Assembly: GCA_964595645.1 (NCBI GenBank)
Contig: CAZQQT010000004.1
Coordinates: 1-64,000, forward strand
Length of the DNA: 64,000 bases
Direction of reading: 5' to 3'
Source: an uncultured Thermococci archaeon
Lineage (GTDB): Archaea > Methanobacteriota_B > Thermococci > Methanofastidiosales > B48-G16
The notes beneath the pieces were generated by a model that was not told where the DNA came from, ran no database searches, and saw only the letters and a list, made by a program, of their open reading frames with translations. Both the position numbers and the translations under genes were made by a program. Of this stretch, positions 50,017-59,379 are shown piece after piece (position 1 is the stretch's first letter; the number at the start of each line of letters is the position of its first letter).

Positions 50017-51101
50017 GCCTTCATCACTTTTATCGAGCCCATGTCAGTCTCTGCCCTCACTTTTGCTTCATGAGGCGCGTTTTCATTGAGAATTATTCTC
50101 TTATATTTGCCTGCTGATTCTACTGTTCCACCGATACACCTCACTCTGCCCATATCTGTTCTCGCCTCAATTACAGCCTTTGTATCCTCAGGTACTTTTA
50201 TTTTAATGGATCCCATCTCAGTTGAGATAGTAGATTCTCCCGGTGACACGGTGGTCACGATACTCCCATGCTCTGTTTTCAGCTCCTGCACATCTGTAGT
50301 ACAGTCGGATACAATCCGTCCGTTCTCAGCCTGCGCACTGAGCGTCTGTACACTCACACCCGCGAGAATTACAGAGCCGTTTTCCGTCACTAGATTGATC
50401 ATCTCTCCGCGGAGATCTCTCAGCTCTATCCTTCCATTCTCTGTTCTTCCTTCAGTACTGTTAAAATTGAGTTTCTCCATGAGGATTTTCCCGTTTTCCG
50501 TCACTAGATTGATTGTTTCACCCTGTAACTCGGAAATATCTATCGCGCCATTCTCGCTTTCTGCGCGAACACGATATCTTTTTTCTGGTAATGTCGCAAC
50601 GATATCAACTGTATCCGTTGCGTGGATAGTTACCCTACTGGGTTCTTGCTTAACAGTGAGATCAATTTCCTTAAACGCTTCTTCGGCATCCTCCCTATTT
50701 CTTGCCCTTACTCTTTTTCTCAGGAGTATGGTGTACTCATCTGTCTCCGATTTTTTTATCTCTATCCTCCCATTCTCAACACGAAAATCTATACTGACCT
50801 TCTCAGAGTCAAATTTTCCTTTTATTATCTCTTCTTTTGCAAATTCGTTGCCCACATACCCTTTTTTTCCTTTAAAAGATGTCTGAAAAGCCTTTTTTAG
50901 ACTTCGCTCTACCTTTTCTCTGATCACATCCCCCAGATCCTCAAAGTCGTAGTACTCGTCCACTTCCTCCAGTTCCTTTTCGTATTTGGCTTTCAGTGCA
51001 TTATACGTCTCATCACTTATCTCATTATTCTTGTGGAGTTGCTCTAAATCTCCAAGAAGGTTAGTGAGAATGTCACTTCTTATTTTATCCTTTTCTCTCA
51101 T
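50013..51101 (-). CDS. DUF4097/adhesin-like beta-repeat protein with N-terminal SHOCT-like helical motif
   Basis: Repeated TENG.I / T.MG.I units; N-terminal LEQLHKNNEISDETYNALKAKY; no signal peptide. Confidence 0.8.
   Translation of the reverse strand: MREKDKIRSDILTNLLGDLEQLHKNNEISDETYNALKAKYEKELEEVDEYYDFEDLGDVIREKVERSLKKAFQTSFKGKKGYVGNEFAKEEIIKGKFDSEKVSIDFRVENGRIEIKKSETDEYTILLRKRVRARNREDAEEAFKEIDLTVKQEPSRVTIHATDTVDIVATLPEKRYRVRAESENGAIDISELQGETINLVTENGKILMEKLNFNSTEGRTENGRIELRDLRGEMINLVTENGSVILAGVSVQTLSAQAENGRIVSDCTTDVQELKTEHGSIVTTVSPGESTISTEMGSIKIKVPEDTKAVIEARTDMGRVRCIGGTVESAGKYKRIILNENAPHEAKVRAETDMGSIKVMKA
50377..50513. repeat. 23-bp exact direct repeat inside the DUF4097 gene
   Basis: CCGTTTTCCGTCACTAGATTGAT at 50377 and 50491 (114-nt offset, encodes INLVTENG). 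Confidence 0.8.
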
Positions 51102-51190
51102 TTTTATCACTTAGAAATATATAAAATATTCCATTTATAAGCTTTTTTGCGCAAATAAGCGTGTTATTTATCTAATTTTTTAAAATTTTC

Positions 51191-51208
51191 TCGGTTTCGC
51201 GAAACCGA
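51191..51208. promoter_or_regulatory. Perfect 18-bp palindrome TCGGTTTCGCGAAACCGA, candidate operator
   Basis: Lies between the divergent DUF4097 and ArsR-type regulator genes. Confidence 0.55.
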
Positions 51209-51256
51209 TAATCTAACGGGCAAAAGAGTTATATATCGGTAGGTCATATCAACGGC

Positions 51257-51727
51257 ATGCGGGGCATCATGCAGGCACTTGCTAATGATTATCGAATACA
51301 GATAATGGAGCTTCTCCTTCAGGATGAAATGAACCCGAAGGAACTTGAAAAAGAGCTCGATATTACACGTGGTGGATTGGAACGGCATCTCTCAACACTT
51401 TTGGATTCTGAACTGATAAAGAAACGAAGTGTAGTAAAAAAAGGGAGAGTGAGGGTATACTTCTGTCTTGATGAAGCTTCTCGATCATTTTTTGAGAAAT
51501 TAAAAGAAGAAATATCCACGTTTAAACTGCAAAAATCTAAAGATATAGAAGAAAAATTGAAACTGCTCTCCATAGAATTTGAAAACATCAAAGAAGCACT
51601 TGAAGAAATAGAAAAATCATATGAAAATGAAAAACTTGATGAAAATGAGTATCTCGAACTGAAAAGAGAGTATGTGTCGAAAATGGTAAGAATAGAGCGG
51701 GAAATAGCACTTCTTCTCGAAGTGTAA
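51257..51727 (+). CDS. ArsR-type wHTH regulator with C-terminal SHOCT-like helical motif
   Basis: ALAN..R..I..LL....EL...L.I....L..HL..L; C-terminal EKSYENEKLDENEYLELKREY. Confidence 0.82.
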   Translation: MRGIMQALANDYRIQIMELLLQDEMNPKELEKELDITRGGLERHLSTLLDSELIKKRSVVKKGRVRVYFCLDEASRSFFEKLKEEISTFKLQKSKDIEEKLKLLSIEFENIKEALEEIEKSYENEKLDENEYLELKREYVSKMVRIEREIALLLEV

Positions 51728-51781
51728 ATGGAACATAAGCTTTTTAAATGAACGTACAACATCTAATAAAGGTGAAGATCT

Positions 51782-52294
51782 ATGGCAGTACTACGACCTG
51801 GAAAAATCGACAGAAAGGTAGATAATCCAAATTATACACGGAAGGAGTACATCGGTGCACTCCCCTCCATAAAAATAGCTCATTTTGATACAGGTAATAA
51901 GAATGCATCTTTCACTCATGAAGTATCGTTGAAAATGAAAAATGACATCCAGATACGACACAATGCCCTTGAAGCTGCTCGTGTGGCAGCTAATGGCTAT
52001 ATGGAGAAAAAAACAGGAACACAATATCATCTGAAGGTACGAGTATACCCATTCCAAGTTCTCAGGAGAAATCCCATGGCTACTGGTCATAAGGCAGATC
52101 GATATGGGAATGGAATGAGGCTCTCATTTGGGAGGGCCATCAGCAGAGCCGCCCGAGTAAACAAGGGGCAGAAAGTCATTACCATCTACGTCGATGAAGA
52201 AAACATTCCCATGGCCAAAGAAGCGCTTCGACGTGCTTCCATGAAACTTCCTCTGGGAACATCAACAATAGTGGAAGAAGCTGAATCAGCGTAA
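51782..52294 (+). CDS. rpl10e: 50S ribosomal protein uL16 (L10e)
   Basis: YTRKEYI, QIRHNALEAAR, YPFQVLR.N, ADR...GMRLSFG, EALRRA..KLP. Confidence 0.96.
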   Translation: MAVLRPGKIDRKVDNPNYTRKEYIGALPSIKIAHFDTGNKNASFTHEVSLKMKNDIQIRHNALEAARVAANGYMEKKTGTQYHLKVRVYPFQVLRRNPMATGHKADRYGNGMRLSFGRAISRAARVNKGQKVITIYVDEENIPMAKEALRRASMKLPLGTSTIVEEAESA

Positions 52295-53410
52295 CTACTC
52301 CAGTTCTTTTATTTTCTCTTTGAATAATTCTGTAGCTGCTCCAGTCGTCTCTCTATCCCTTCCTGCAACGATAACTACATCTTTTTCTGAAAACACATTT
52401 TCCAGATACTCGTACTTTCCCGTTGTCACAAACCAGTTTACCTGTGAGTCTCCCTTCAGTACAACTTCTTCTGTCACGTTATTTGCCACCTTCTTTTCTC
52501 CGGTAGACTGTAACACCATTCCCGGTCCACCCACAAGGATCAGGTTATAATTGTCCTTCATCTCTCGAGTAAGCTCTGTGTCTCGAACAAGCATCGTGTA
52601 CGGATCCACTCCCACAGGGATTTTCTCCCGCTCTATTTGACTTAATCTATATGCAAGACCACACAGCACTTCATACTTCAGTTCTGTTTCGTCCACCCAC
52701 TCGGTGGTGAGGTTGAGCTGCCACTTGTACGCTCCATCCCCTATATCGAATATAGGGGTTGTTAACTGATTTGTCGAGCCCAATGTCTTCTCCTTTCGAT
52801 ACAGCTTAATTTCATCAGGGTATACCTTGAGATACCACTCTGTATTGTACCAGAAGGGAGTTTCTGTTGACGAGACGAACTGTCCATTTTCATAAACTAA
52901 TTTATCTTCCTGTATGGACTCAATCGTGTACATTTTCCCGAGGAACTGGATTGTATCTCCTGCTTCTATATTTGTCACGGCATATTCCAAATAGAGGAGC
53001 TTCTTATTCGGCAGATCTACCTTAAATCGTATCTCTCCGTGAGGCTTGGTTTCATCATATGCTTCGTTTGTGTGGATCTCTCTTGGTTTCCCACCATACC
53101 AGAGGGTCTGATACTCCCTCGGTGTAAGAACTATCTCCGTCATATTTGGTGCAGTGCCCTGAGAACGTGGAGGCCAAAAATACTGAGGTTTTTCAGATAT
53201 GATGACACACATCTTGTTAGCCACGTACTGGGCAATCTCCAGCGCGTTCTCGTAATCCTCCTCGGCTGCGTACTGTCCGTAGACTATTTTTACGCGCGGC
53301 TGTCCATTTTCAGAGTTGGCAAAAAAATCTCGAGAAAGGGTAGACTGACCACCGATCAACGGAAGTACGAACAATGCCACTATAATCGTGCAGAGTAATC
53401 TTTTCAGCAT
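52295..53410 (-). CDS. S-layer-like secreted protein (Methanococci/Thermococci-type N/C modules)
   Basis: Signal peptide, P.VKIVYG..AA.ED, NLILVGGP...AN, VIVAGRDRETT. Confidence 0.75.
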   Translation of the reverse strand: MLKRLLCTIIVALFVLPLIGGQSTLSRDFFANSENGQPRVKIVYGQYAAEEDYENALEIAQYVANKMCVIISEKPQYFWPPRSQGTAPNMTEIVLTPREYQTLWYGGKPREIHTNEAYDETKPHGEIRFKVDLPNKKLLYLEYAVTNIEAGDTIQFLGKMYTIESIQEDKLVYENGQFVSSTETPFWYNTEWYLKVYPDEIKLYRKEKTLGSTNQLTTPIFDIGDGAYKWQLNLTTEWVDETELKYEVLCGLAYRLSQIEREKIPVGVDPYTMLVRDTELTREMKDNYNLILVGGPGMVLQSTGEKKVANNVTEEVVLKGDSQVNWFVTTGKYEYLENVFSEKDVVIVAGRDRETTGAATELFKEKIKELE

Positions 53411-53565
53411 AGTTGTTCTATGTAAGGTAGATATTATAAATGTTACTGTGGAAAAAGAATATTCTTCCGGTCTTGCGTGAAAAAGAAGAAACTCGCTGAC
53501 AAACGCAGGTACTTGATTTCAGGTAACGTAGAAAACTCTTTAAATATCGAAGATCTAATGCATAC

Positions 53566-54696
53566 ATGTACCGGTTCGGATTGCTCATCAACCCTATCGC
53601 AGGTATGGGGGGAAAAGTAGGACTCAAGGGGACGGATGGTGTGCTGGAAGAAGCTATCAAACGGAGAGCCTCCCCTATCGCTGAAAAAAGAGCCTTAAAA
53701 GCTCTAAAAAAAATAAAAAAAACAATGAAGAACTACAATCAGGAATTTCCGGTGAAATGGTTCACAGCTTCAGGCAGTATGGGGGAGAATGTGTTGAAGG
53801 AGCAAAAAATCCCGTGCGAAGTCGTGTACCATTGCAGGGAAGAGACAACTGCCGGGGACACGCGGAAGGCCTGTGCGGAATTTCTCACACATGAGGTCGA
53901 TCTCATCATTTTCTGTGGGGGAGATGGTACAGCCAGAGATGTCTACACCGTGGTGGAAGATAAACTCCCCATTCTCGGGATACCGTCAGGTGTTAAAATG
54001 CACTCCGGTGTTTTCTGTGTAAATCCGGAAGCTGCGTCCGACGTGCTCTTTTCATTCCTTAACGGAACAGTCGATGTCTGTGAGGCAGAGATAATGGATC
54101 TCGATGAAAAAAAGTACCGGAAAGGAGAGTGGTCGATCAGACTTCACGGCGTGGCGAAAACGCTCTGTGAGGCCAACTACATACAGAGTGCCAAGGCAAT
54201 GATTCGCGGTCCGTCTGAAGAGGAGGTAAAGGAAGAGATCGCCGAACATATAAAGGAAGATATAGAAAGGGGGACACTCTATATCCTCGGACCGGGAGGC
54301 ACACTCAGTACCATTGGAAAAGCACTTGAGATCGACAAGACGCTTCTGGGTATTGACGCAGTACTCAACGGCGATCTCGTCGGAAAGGATCTCAACGAGC
54401 AGGAACTACTCTCGCTTCTCTCAGAGTACAATGACGTCAAACTTATCGTGAGTCCCATCGGCGCCCAAGGGTTCGTGCTTGGGCGAGGAAATCTTCAGTT
54501 AAGTCCGAAAGTCATACAGAAAATAGGAATAGAAAACATTATTATTGTCGCCACACCTTCCAAACTCCGTACTATATCGAGATTACGTGTTGATACCGGT
54601 GATTCAGCTCTAGATAAAGAATTCGCAGAGAAAAAGTATCTCCACGTCCTCATTGGATACCACACCACAGCGTTAAGGAAGATAGCCGTACCTTAA
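53566..54696 (+). CDS. ATP-NAD kinase family protein
   Basis: NPIAGMGG..GLKGTDG, GGDGTARD, GVKMHSG, QGFVLGRGN, VDTGD. Confidence 0.88.
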   Translation: MYRFGLLINPIAGMGGKVGLKGTDGVLEEAIKRRASPIAEKRALKALKKIKKTMKNYNQEFPVKWFTASGSMGENVLKEQKIPCEVVYHCREETTAGDTRKACAEFLTHEVDLIIFCGGDGTARDVYTVVEDKLPILGIPSGVKMHSGVFCVNPEAASDVLFSFLNGTVDVCEAEIMDLDEKKYRKGEWSIRLHGVAKTLCEANYIQSAKAMIRGPSEEEVKEEIAEHIKEDIERGTLYILGPGGTLSTIGKALEIDKTLLGIDAVLNGDLVGKDLNEQELLSLLSEYNDVKLIVSPIGAQGFVLGRGNLQLSPKVIQKIGIENIIIVATPSKLRTISRLRVDTGDSALDKEFAEKKYLHVLIGYHTTALRKIAVP

Positions 54697-54747
54697 CATT
54701 TAAGTAATCACAGTTCTTTAATATAGATGGAAGATAGCGGTGGTTAG

Positions 54748-55929
54748 ATGAAAGAAAAAACAGAATTTCTAAAAAGAGAGTACGAAAAAATGAAAGAACG
54801 AGGAGAAACGTGGACAATACGGAGTCTCAGTGGGCCATCAAAGCCTCACGTAACCGTAGAAGGAAAAGAATGTATAATGGTAGCCTCAAATAACTATCTA
54901 AACTTAGCAAATGATCCGCGACTTAAGGAAGCCGCGATACAAGCTGTAGAGAAGTATGGTGCAGGTGCAGGATCCGACTGGTCCATTGCCGGAACCATGG
55001 GTGTCCATGAAGAACTCAACGAAAAAATCGCTGAGTTCAAAAGAACGGAGGCAGGTATCACTTATCAAACAGGGTTTGCGGTAAACTCTGGATTGATACC
55101 ACAACTTGCTGGAAAAGGAGACTTGCTCATCTCCGATGAGCTCAACCACGGAAGTATTATCGACGGCGTGCGGCTTACAAAGGCTGACAGGGCAATATAC
55201 GCTCATTCGGACATGGGGGAATTAGAAGCCGTACTCAAAGACGCGGAGAAAAAGGACTATCGAAGGACAATTATTCTCACAGATGGTGTCTTTTCCATGG
55301 ACGGTGATATCGCGAAGATGGATGAGATCCAGAAACTGGCAGATGAGTACGGTGCCATGACCTACGTAGATGATGCCCATGGTGAAGGTGTCCTGGGAGA
55401 CGGCCACGGGATTGCTACGGAGTTCGGTATCGAAGACAAGATAGACTTCCAGATGGGCACATTCTCCAAAGCATTTGGGGGATTCGGTGGAATGCTCGCC
55501 GGAAGTGAAGCTCTTATCAAGTACGCCTACAATACCTCACGAACCTGGCTCCTGAGTGCTGCGTTCCCACCACATGTCGCGGCTGCAAACCTCAAGGCGC
55601 TGGAGATTGTAGAAGAAGAACCTAAAAGGGTGAAGAAACTCTGGGAAAACACCAAATACTTCAAAAAAGAAATAGAAAGCCTTGGATTCGACACTGGATA
55701 CAGCGAAACCCCCATTATTCCTGCTATGGTAGGGGAGAGTAAGAAGGCGCAGAAACTGGCAGACAAACTCTATGAAGAGGACATCTTCTGCCTCGCGATC
55801 GTGTTCCCTATGGTTGCCAGAGGAATGGCAAGGATCCGCAACCAGATGAATGCTGGCATGACAAAAGAGGACCTTGACAAGGTGTTACGGGCTTACGAGA
55901 AGTGTGGAAAAGAATTAGATATTATTTAA
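54748..55929 (+). CDS. kbl: 2-amino-3-ketobutyrate CoA ligase / BioF-Kbl family PLP acyltransferase
   Basis: SNNYLNLA, SDELNH.SIIDG, DGVFSMDGD, DDAHG, GTFSKA, ARIR. Confidence 0.82.
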   Translation: MKEKTEFLKREYEKMKERGETWTIRSLSGPSKPHVTVEGKECIMVASNNYLNLANDPRLKEAAIQAVEKYGAGAGSDWSIAGTMGVHEELNEKIAEFKRTEAGITYQTGFAVNSGLIPQLAGKGDLLISDELNHGSIIDGVRLTKADRAIYAHSDMGELEAVLKDAEKKDYRRTIILTDGVFSMDGDIAKMDEIQKLADEYGAMTYVDDAHGEGVLGDGHGIATEFGIEDKIDFQMGTFSKAFGGFGGMLAGSEALIKYAYNTSRTWLLSAAFPPHVAAANLKALEIVEEEPKRVKKLWENTKYFKKEIESLGFDTGYSETPIIPAMVGESKKAQKLADKLYEEDIFCLAIVFPMVARGMARIRNQMNAGMTKEDLDKVLRAYEKCGKELDII

Positions 55930-55965
55930 TTTTTTCTCTATTTTTATTGATGCGGAGCAAAAGAA

Positions 55966-56598
55966 ATGAAATCGACATACCTGCGTACCCTCATAGAGGT
56001 TGCGAAAAGAGAAGGAGAGACTGTGACGAGTGTGGAACTCGGCAAGATCCTTCAGGTTTCCCAACAGACCGCCTCTCGGAGAATACAAAAACTCGAAGAA
56101 AAGGGACTGATCGAGAAAGATGGAAAAACAACCACAGTAAATGATGCAGGGAAAAAAGTCCTTAGAAAGGTCTATCAGGATCTCGATACAATCTTCAGGG
56201 AGCAGGAAGTAGTGTATGGGAAGCTCTTCTCCGGTCTTGGAGAAGGAAAGTACTACATCGCAAAACATGGGTACCGTGCACAGATTGTGAAAAAACTTGG
56301 ATTCTCCCCGTATCCTGGAACATTAAATCTTCATTTACGTCCCGAGGAGAACAGCAAGCTGGAGGAAATACTCGCAGATAAGGAGTATATTCTTCTTGAG
56401 GGCTTCAGAGACGAGAATAGATCATTTGGGGATGTGAAGGCCTATCACGTGCTTGTGGACGATAAAATAAAGGGTGCGCTTCTCAAGCCTTTTAGGACGC
56501 ATCACATGCCCAATGTGGTGGAGATCATCTCGGAGGAGTTTCTCAGGAAGAAGTTAAATATCAACGATGGGAGTATCGTACGGTTTTCTGTGCTCTAA
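55966..56598 (+). CDS. ribK: HTH-fused CTP-dependent riboflavin kinase (RbkR type)
   Basis: SQQTASR HTH; SGLGEGKYY, PYPGTLN, R.FG, P.RTH, EIIS..LR..L. Confidence 0.92.
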   Translation: MKSTYLRTLIEVAKREGETVTSVELGKILQVSQQTASRRIQKLEEKGLIEKDGKTTTVNDAGKKVLRKVYQDLDTIFREQEVVYGKLFSGLGEGKYYIAKHGYRAQIVKKLGFSPYPGTLNLHLRPEENSKLEEILADKEYILLEGFRDENRSFGDVKAYHVLVDDKIKGALLKPFRTHHMPNVVEIISEEFLRKKLNINDGSIVRFSVL

Positions 56599-56686
56599 AA
56601 CTTTTAACTTTCATGTGAATAACGTGATTCACAAATATATTGTAGTTAAAAAACATTTAAAAGATTTTCTGTGTATATAACATATA

Positions 56687-57055
56687 ATGAGGATTCTTAT
56701 CGTCGACGATGAGATGGAAGTCCTCACACTCTTTAAAGATGTGCTGGAGAGTGCGGGACACACCGTTGAGATCGCCATTGATGGAGAAAAAGGAATAAAA
56801 AAGTTTAAAAACGGACATGAATTCGATCTCGTGATCATGGATTATAGAATGCATGGTGAGGACGGGGTGGAGGTATCAAAGAAACTATGGAAAATCGATG
56901 AGAACGCGAGGATCCTCTTCGTCAGTGCCGATCCAACGATCCAAGAAGAAACGCTGGAAATGGGAGTAGTGGGCTTCCTCCTCAAACCCTTCGATGTCGA
57001 GGAATTGGTGGAAACAGTAAGAGAACTGTCGCCGGAAGCAACTGTATCTCGGTGA
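56687..57055 (+). CDS. Stand-alone response regulator receiver
   Basis: ILIVDDE, DLVIMD, SA, KPF. Confidence 0.92.
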   Translation: MRILIVDDEMEVLTLFKDVLESAGHTVEIAIDGEKGIKKFKNGHEFDLVIMDYRMHGEDGVEVSKKLWKIDENARILFVSADPTIQEETLEMGVVGFLLKPFDVEELVETVRELSPEATVSR

Positions 57056-57252
57056 AAAAGAGTTGCTGTGATAAAACTTTAAACGCTTGGACATGTACAT
57101 ATAAAATATATTGGAAAACCCTCTTTTTCATTTTAAATGCTTTACGTCGTTGCATATCTCTATCTACCGTTATTCAGTTTTTCCGTGGACAACACAAAAA
57201 ACTATAAAAAGATCATTCAGAAAAAGGATATATACTCATCGGGGTCCTCAAA

Positions 57253-57696
57253 ATGGAGAAAAACAACAAAGAAAAGATCAGAGAGGATTTTGAGTTCATA
57301 AAGGATGACGTAGAAGCTGTTCTCTTGTTCGGTTCTATCGTCAAAGGAGAAAGTCACAATGCCTCAGATATAGATGTGTGTCTTGTGAATCCCAAAAACA
57401 AAAATGTCCTCATAAAAGTCTTTGAGAGACATGGGGGTAAATACGATGTGAAGATATTTGAGGATCTACCCCTGTACATCCAAATAGAGATAATTAAAAA
57501 TCATGAGGTGCTTATTGGAGATGACGTAGAACTTTCGTATTACTTTTACAAAACAAGGAAAATATGGAAGGATATGGAAAAAAGAATCAGGAAAAATCAG
57601 TTTGACAATGCGAAGGAAATGGTACAGACACGAAAGAGGTGGCTGAATGAGAAAGCAACGACGGCTCGGAAGAAGACGTTTGAAGAGAATAAATGA
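57253..57696 (+). CDS. Minimal nucleotidyltransferase (MNT antitoxin type)
   Basis: LLFGSIVKGE....SDIDVC, YDVKIFEDLPLYIQ. Confidence 0.88.
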   Translation: MEKNNKEKIREDFEFIKDDVEAVLLFGSIVKGESHNASDIDVCLVNPKNKNVLIKVFERHGGKYDVKIFEDLPLYIQIEIIKNHEVLIGDDVELSYYFYKTRKIWKDMEKRIRKNQFDNAKEMVQTRKRWLNEKATTARKKTFEENK

Positions 57697-57730
57697 ACTG
57701 CTGAAATTTGCTGTAAAAATAGTGGAATAA
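57647..57730 (+). pseudogene. Probable internally deleted HEPN/DUF86 toxin gene
   Basis: ATG overlapping the MNT end gives MRKQR...LKRINELLKFAVKIVE, resembling the first and last residues of Thermococcales-type DUF86 proteins with the core missing. Confidence 0.45.
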
Positions 57731-57753
57731 AAAAAGAAAAAAAGGAAGGTATT

Positions 57754-58173
57754 CTATTCTAACTTGAATACAATGGGCGTACCTGAATCTTTGTGGACAA
57801 GTTTTACCTTGTCACCAGCAGAGCAGCCAGAGAAATCAAATGTCATCACGTCACCAGCTTCATAAGTGCCAGAAGTGCCATTTAAATCTGCATTGGGAAT
57901 TAATTGGTCGTTTTTATAAAGATCAAAAACATCGCTAAAGGTATTGTCAGTCGCCGTAATATCCTCCCCCATATTTCGTATATTCACGCCATCAGTATCC
58001 GCACTTCTCGTCTCAACTAAGAACTGGTAGTCACCTGCCTTCGATTCCACTTGTGTTTCTTCCGACACGTAGCCGGACGCCCATACGTATACTACCAAAC
58101 TTATCGCCACTGCGACCACGATCATTAGTACAACCGCGATCACGGGGCTGACTCCTTTTTTGTCCTTCAACAT
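57754..58173 (-). CDS. Archaeal type IV pilin (class III signal peptide, DUF1628 type)
   Basis: MLKDKKG/VSPVIAVVLMIVVAVAISLVVYVW; NIRNMG; AGGTGA RBS. Confidence 0.92.
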   Translation of the reverse strand: MLKDKKGVSPVIAVVLMIVVAVAISLVVYVWASGYVSEETQVESKAGDYQFLVETRSADTDGVNIRNMGEDITATDNTFSDVFDLYKNDQLIPNADLNGTSGTYEAGDVMTFDFSGCSAGDKVKLVHKDSGTPIVFKLE

Positions 58174-58204
58174 TTTTGTCACCTAGTATTATTGTATATC
58201 AACA

Positions 58205-58363
58205 CTATTTATATTGTTCCTTCTCCCTTTTAAGTTTTTCTATGATCGCTTGATGTACAAAGTCGCTCTTCGTCTTGTATAATCCCTTCTCCACCTTCTC
58301 TTCAATCTCCTTCACGAGCTGAGGAGCAACAGTGGTGCCGATCGTCTTATTTTTCCTAGCCAT
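58205..58363 (-). CDS. Ribbon-helix-helix (CopG/CdrS-like) protein, 52 aa
   Basis: Not in ORF track. MARKNKTIGTTVAPQLVKEIEEKVEKGLYKTKSDFVHQAIIEKLKREKEQYK; upstream BRE/TATA GAAAGTTTATAAA. Confidence 0.85.
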   Translation of the reverse strand: MARKNKTIGTTVAPQLVKEIEEKVEKGLYKTKSDFVHQAIIEKLKREKEQYK

Positions 58364-58476
58364 TAATATCCCTCTATATACACATCATTTACTGCTACTT
58401 CTAGCTTATATGTTTATAAAACTTTCTATAACATAGATTTTGAGTATAAAACTATTGCAAACTCTCTAGTTAATAA

Positions 58477-59349
58477 TTAAAAAAGGTAGAAAAAGAGCTG
58501 AAAGAGCAAATCGCCATAAAAATAGGCTATGATGAATCCAAGTGTGATCGGTATCAGAAAGGGGAGACCCGGGGTAACCCATATTCTCGTTGTGTACGGC
58601 GAGATCTTTTTCTTGTACTCCTCCACATCGTACTCGATTACCCCCAGAGAAGACACAAGCTGTAGTCTTCCGTCCTCGTGCACCACTAGCGGGAACTTTT
58701 TGTCATCGAGATCCTCGAGATCGATTGGGTAGCCGATGAAGTACGTGCGCAGCTTAGCGAGCCGCTGTCCCTCGATATGCTCAAATCTGTTCCTCTTAAG
58801 AAGGTTGTACGCACACACTACCAAGGGGAGGAATACAACGAGAATAAGGCTATTGTTAAATACGGAGATAGAAAAAATTGGCAATGAGTGTTTCGTGCGA
58901 AAAAAGAGAGAAGATATCGCCACCAGTGCCTTCGCATCGCCACCACCCATCATCCCAAAAAACGCGATGAAGTACACGAAACAGAAGGTCACACTCATAT
59001 GCTGGAATATCACGTTGAAAGGATTGGGTGCGTAGTAAAACATGACAATGGATAGGCCCAAAAATCCCACAATATACGGTGTATCTTCAACATTTTCTCG
59101 GAAATCGTCCCGATCGAGCAGAAGTATTGCCCCATACACGAGAAAGAATAGACCGAGAACCTTGAGTACAGTGATGTTCCTTGCGATGGGATCATGGGTC
59201 ACACCATGAAAATACTCATATAAGCCAAAAATAAGTCCTGCAGCTATCATTATACCCCACACCCAGTCCTCGACCTCTCGTTTCTTTATATCCTCGATAC
59301 AGCTATAAAGCAGTAGGATGACTGCAGGAATTACCTTGATCATGGACAA
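58477..59349 (-). CDS. Prepilin/prearchaellin peptidase (A24, FlaK/PibD type)
   Basis: DIKKREV, GGGDAKAL, WVTPGLPFLIPI...GD; multiple TM helices. Confidence 0.92.
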   Translation of the reverse strand: MSMIKVIPAVILLLYSCIEDIKKREVEDWVWGIMIAAGLIFGLYEYFHGVTHDPIARNITVLKVLGLFFLVYGAILLLDRDDFRENVEDTPYIVGFLGLSIVMFYYAPNPFNVIFQHMSVTFCFVYFIAFFGMMGGGDAKALVAISSLFFRTKHSLPIFSISVFNNSLILVVFLPLVVCAYNLLKRNRFEHIEGQRLAKLRTYFIGYPIDLEDLDDKKFPLVVHEDGRLQLVSSLGVIEYDVEEYKKKISPYTTRIWVTPGLPFLIPITLGFIIAYFYGDLLFQLFFYLF

Positions 59350-59379
59350 AATAGATGGGGGAAGTATAAAAATCTGTTG

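Noticed and set aside
50377-50513. 23-bp direct repeat as a possible CRISPR or att site
   Set aside because: Only two copies, in frame at a 38-codon offset inside a beta-repeat protein
56687-57055. Orphan receiver domain without a kinase
   Set aside because: Stand-alone receivers are common in euryarchaea; the kinase may lie elsewhere
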